A stretch of DNA of 63,207 nt, filler included, from Octopus bimaculoides (lineage: Eukaryota): NCBI RefSeq assembly GCF_001194135.2. It is 3 parts of 3 records of this genome, joined end to end, with 100 filler letters (N's around TTAATTAATTAA, not from the genome) between each part and the next. Parts side by side here need not be neighbours in the genome. Positions count along the whole stretch, not along the records: positions 31,969 to 61,186 come from NC_069003.1; positions 61,287 to 63,207 come from NC_068990.1; 1 more part is not named here. One strand, 5' to 3'. Positions 58,945 through 63,207 of this stretch are shown here, piece by piece. The position numbers were made by a program, and so were the translations under genes. The notes below the pieces were generated by a model. That model saw only the letters and a program-made list of their open reading frames with translations, had not been told where the DNA came from and searched no databases. Each line of letters opens with the position of its first letter. The first letter of the stretch is position 1.

Positions 58945-59394
58945 TATATGTATGTTTTCCTGTTCTCATGATTTAACTTTATTTACTGTTCAGTATACAC
59001 TCATGTTTTTCTTATTAATGTACTTGTCTCATTTATTCCTGTCTTTGATCTTCTCTCATGTCTACTTTATTTATGCCCCAGCAATTCATGTCACTGACAC
59101 AGTGCCAGATTTTACAACATTGTCATCAGGTTTCAAAATTGTGATGACATCTGGATGACATCTGGCTGACAACTGATAAGGAATTGAGCTCCCTGCATCT
59201 GTTTTTTTTTTTTGTTTTGTTTGTTTTTTCCTATTTTTGCATAAATTCCTTTGTTGTTCCTCTATGCCACATTTTCATAACTTTTATATAAGATTTTAAG
59301 ATTTTTTATGATAAAAGGTAATGATATAAATACGTGTGCTGTTATGCACCAAGCGCCAAGTGATGGTGTTCCTTGACTGCAAGCAAACACCCAT

Positions 59395-59429
<35 letters not shown>

Positions 59430-59629
59430 ATGCATATAGATAGATAAACAGACATAGATACACTACACACAGTGAATGCTCTACTACATGGATCTGACAA
59501 CCAGTGTTAAGTAGGGCATATTCAGTGTTGTTACAACGGTTTCCTTTAATCTGAGATGACAAAAGTTGGCAGGTCAGATTATTAGATGCAACAGCTTCTA
59601 CTGTTTCTGTTCATTCTCATAACCAACAA

Positions 59630-59828
59630 TCCTCTCTCTCTGCCTCTCTCACTCCCTCCCTCTCACTCTGCTTCTCTCACTCCCTCCCTCTCACTCTGCT
59701 TCTCTCACTCTGCTTCTCTCACTCTGCCTCTCTCACTCCCTCCCTCTCACTCTTCCTTCTCTCTCACTCTGTCCTCTCTCTCACTCTGTTCTCTCTCTGT
59801 CTCTTACACTCCTCCTCTTTTATGAACT

Positions 59829-59905
<77 letters not shown>
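59630..59905. repeat. CT-rich minisatellite (ctctcactc units) followed by (CT)n
   Basis: Direct reading. Confidence 0.9.
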
Positions 59906-60350
59906 ATACTTCCCCACCTTTATTCTCACAATTGTCTGTTTCATTAATTTGTCTTCTAAATACGCTCTGCCCTCTACACATTAATGTGGTCAGATAAATA
60001 CAAGAGAAAGAGGACACCCATGGGCCACTGATAATGAGTTTGCAAACCCAGTACCCATGTTACACTTTCAGCTTCATACCCATTATTACTGGAGCCACAG
60101 GGTATGTATGAACTCACCGGGAGCAAAGTGTGGCTGAACTTGAGTTCTTGGGGAGAGAATGAAAATTCTTAATTTGTACACTATGAATGATTAAGATATC
60201 TGGGACAATAGACACCAGCAATACCTTCTTGTGATTTAAAGGATGATAAACTAAATAAGATGCTTTTCTTCACTAATTAGGTGGCTGGTCAAAACTAATA
60301 GTACATTAAAAGGAGAAAAATAAAACACACACACACACACATGTACACAG

Positions 60351-60399
<49 letters not shown>

Positions 60400-60536
60400 C
60401 ACGCACATATGCACACATGTGCACGTGTGCGCACACATACACACACACACAACCAGTGTGGCCTGAACTTGAAGTATATTACTACACTGTTTATCAAAAT
60501 AAATGTCATCAGGTTTTATTTAATCATCAACACATT

Positions 60537-60569
<33 letters not shown>

Positions 60570-60792
60570 TGAATTATTGTTGTTGTTGTTGTTGTACTTT
60601 AGCACTAATGTTGTTATAGTTGTTGTTGTTGTTGTTTCTGCATACAACAGGGCAGCAGTACTTATATGATATGACTGGAACACTTTTCATCATAGAAAAA
60701 AGACAGACGCAAAAAGGCAGACAGACGTAGACAAACACAAAAAGACAGAGACCTACACAGACAAACAGACACAAATAGAAACTGATAGACAC

Positions 60793-60831
<39 letters not shown>

Positions 60832-61071
60832 GACAGATATATATACTCACACACAGCTTAGAAACTGGGTGGTGGTGGTGGTGGTGGTGGTTGGGATGTG
60901 ATTCTGTAGTTTGCTGATATCTGCTACCATTTCAATGTCAGGCAAACATTTGTAGTATCAATTAGTGTTGGCATTGGGTTTTGGTGGTGTGTGTGGTGAT
61001 AGCATTGAGATGATGCATGTGTCTGTATATATATGCATGCGTGTATGCATGTATGCACACACATGGGCATT

Positions 61072-61102
<31 letters not shown>

Positions 61103-61143
61103 ATGCATGTATCTATATGTATGTGTGTGTGTGTATGTATATG

Positions 61144-61186
<43 letters not shown>

Positions 61187-61286
61187 NNNNNNNNNNNNNN
61201 NNNNNNNNNNNNNNNNNNNNNNNNNNNNNNTTAATTAATTAANNNNNNNNNNNNNNNNNNNNNNNNNNNNNNNNNNNNNNNNNNNN
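61187..61286. other. Artificial scaffold linker 44N-TTAATTAATTAA-44N
   Basis: Identical to 31869-31968. Confidence 0.95.
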
Positions 61287-61354
61287 TCCACTATTGCTTC
61301 GAGCCGATTAAAATCTTGTTGGAGGTTTCGGTACACGGAAAGTGAAAGAGCCCC

Positions 61355-61398
<44 letters not shown>

Positions 61399-61560
61399 TG
61401 TGCGTGCGTGTGCGTATGTGTATGTGCCTCTGTTTGTCCCCACCACCCCTTGACAACGGGTGTTGCTGTGTTTACGTCCCTGTAACTTAGCGGTTCAGCA
61501 TAAGTGGCCGATTGAATAAGTATCAGCCCTTAAAAAATGAGTACCAGTATCAATCTGTTC
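61287..61560 (+). mobile_element. SINE family A, diverged, 5'-truncated by the linker
   Basis: Internal (TG)n, then tttgtccccaccacccc...ccctgtaacttagcggttcagc...aataagta. Confidence 0.78.
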
Positions 61561-62536
61561 GGCGAAATAAATATATGGGCAGTTTGTACCAATATTGATG
61601 GAAGCGCAGAAAAATTGGGAGGAGTAGAATTGGTAAAACTGCGACGTTTTCTAGCCACTGATCTAAATCTGGGTTTTAGTCAGGATGAACATCATATGAA
61701 TGTCTACCTACGTACTCCAATAGCTACGTGAACTGTTTTGTATGGTAAAGAATAAGAAAAATATCAGTGGCCAAGGGTGCCAAGAAGTTACACAAATTTC
61801 ACCAGTAATGTCTACGAAACAGCTAAAAATCGTTTGGTGCAATACAATTAAAAATGTAGAAATGCTAAAACGAAGAAGGCGCCGTCCATAGCATTACACT
61901 TTCTCTGTTCCGCGAGAGTAAGTTACATTTCGTGTCTGCCAAAGAGTTGACATGCGAAGATAGCAATGGCACGCGAACACCAGCAGCTCAAGTATACGTA
62001 GTGTGGGACACCTGGTTATTCCAGAAAGACATCGAGAGGACGACGAACATTTATGTTGAAGCGGGAGTAACACAGTAGATGGAGCATGCTAGACGAAGTT
62101 AATTACCTTATGCATTGTATTCATATATATGTATATATATATATATATATNNNNNNNNNNNNNNNNNNNNNNNNNNNNNNNNNNNNNNNNNNNNNNNNNN
62201 NNNNNNNNNNNNNNNNNNNNNNNNNNNNNNNNNNNNNNNNNNNNNNNNNNNNNNNNNNNNNNNNNNNNNNNNNNNNNNNNNNNNNNNNNNNNNNNNNNNN
62301 NNNNNNNNNNNNNNNNNNNNNNNNNNNNNNNNNNNNNNNNNNNNNNNNNNNNNNNNNNNNNNNNNNNNNNNNNNNNNNNNNNNNNNNNNNNNNNNNNNNN
62401 NNNNNNNNNNNNNNNNNNNNNNNNNNNNNNNNNNNNNNNNNNNNNNNNNNNNNNNNNNNNNNNNNNNNNNNNNNNNNNNNNNNNNNNNNNNNNNNNNNNN
62501 NNNNNNNNNNNNNNNNNNNNNNNNNNNNNNNNNNNN

Positions 62537-62580
<44 letters not shown>

Positions 62581-62585
62581 CAGCG

Positions 62586-62639
<54 letters not shown>

Positions 62640-63166
62640 ATAAAGACAGAGGCAGAACTAATACCAAAACGAAATCTTGATCACCAACGAGACGCGTGGA
62701 AGTTGTGTCAGAATAACGAAGTATTCTCTATTCTGATACATTTACCTTGTAAATATCCTTCATAAGGATTCGTGGTGCATAAAAGAATACGTAATAATAT
62801 CGTTGACAGACCACACACACACACACATACACATAAATTATGATCCTTTGAACGATAACAGATGAGGATTTATCTATATTCTATGTGTGTTTTTTTCCGT
62901 TTGTTCGTATATTTGTATTTCTACATAATTTTTAAACACACATGCGAATTAATCCACTTAGATGTCTTCGACATTGGCTAACGAAGAAATCAGCTACGAA
63001 TTTTGTGCATCGTGTTTTTGTCTAATTTTCCGTTTGCTGTGTTTTCGTCTAAATTTTCTCTTGGTTGTGTTCATTTTGTTCAAACTCTGAAATATCTGTA
63101 CATATACACGCATGCATACATACATGCATACATACACAAACACACACACACACACAAATATATATA

Positions 63167-63207
<41 letters not shown>

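Noticed and set aside
61540-62100. Possible RTE 3' remnant (VLYGKE, SRGRRT)
   Set aside because: Motifs are too degenerate to support a call.

Overview
Repeat-saturated, AT-rich animal genomic DNA with many N gaps. The SINE families look like octopus/coleoid cephalopod repeats; this is from recall and was not searched. I found no host protein-coding exon, rRNA, true tRNA or CRISPR array that I can support. The window is a patchwork of at least three scaffolds joined by an artificial 44N-TTAATTAATTAA-44N linker (31869-31968 and 61187-61286). It contains decayed mobile elements: a Gypsy LTR element lacking RT/RNaseH, two solo LTRs, L1/Tx1-like LINEs, R4/Dong-like RLE LINEs, RTE LINEs (one family with a PHD finger inside the RT), Penelope-like (PLE, GIY-YIG) fragments, two Chapaev3 transposase relics, a Helitron relic, a MITE, four tRNA-derived SINE types and microsatellites. 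The most striking signal, found by hand-folding, is nine type-I hammerhead-ribozyme (HHR) motifs on both strands. They belong to about eight sequence-unrelated families. Several have intact cores and most lie far from any ORF; they include a divergent pair at 51.5-51.8 kb and a copy with an upstream antisense segment at 58.8 kb. Other notable items are a bipartite non-autonomous R4/Dong derivative, a Tx1 LINE nested in an (ATT)n tract of an R4/Dong 5' region, a 3' tail shared between a dimeric SINE and that Tx1 LINE, and long perfect palindromes. Boundaries of decayed elements are approximate.
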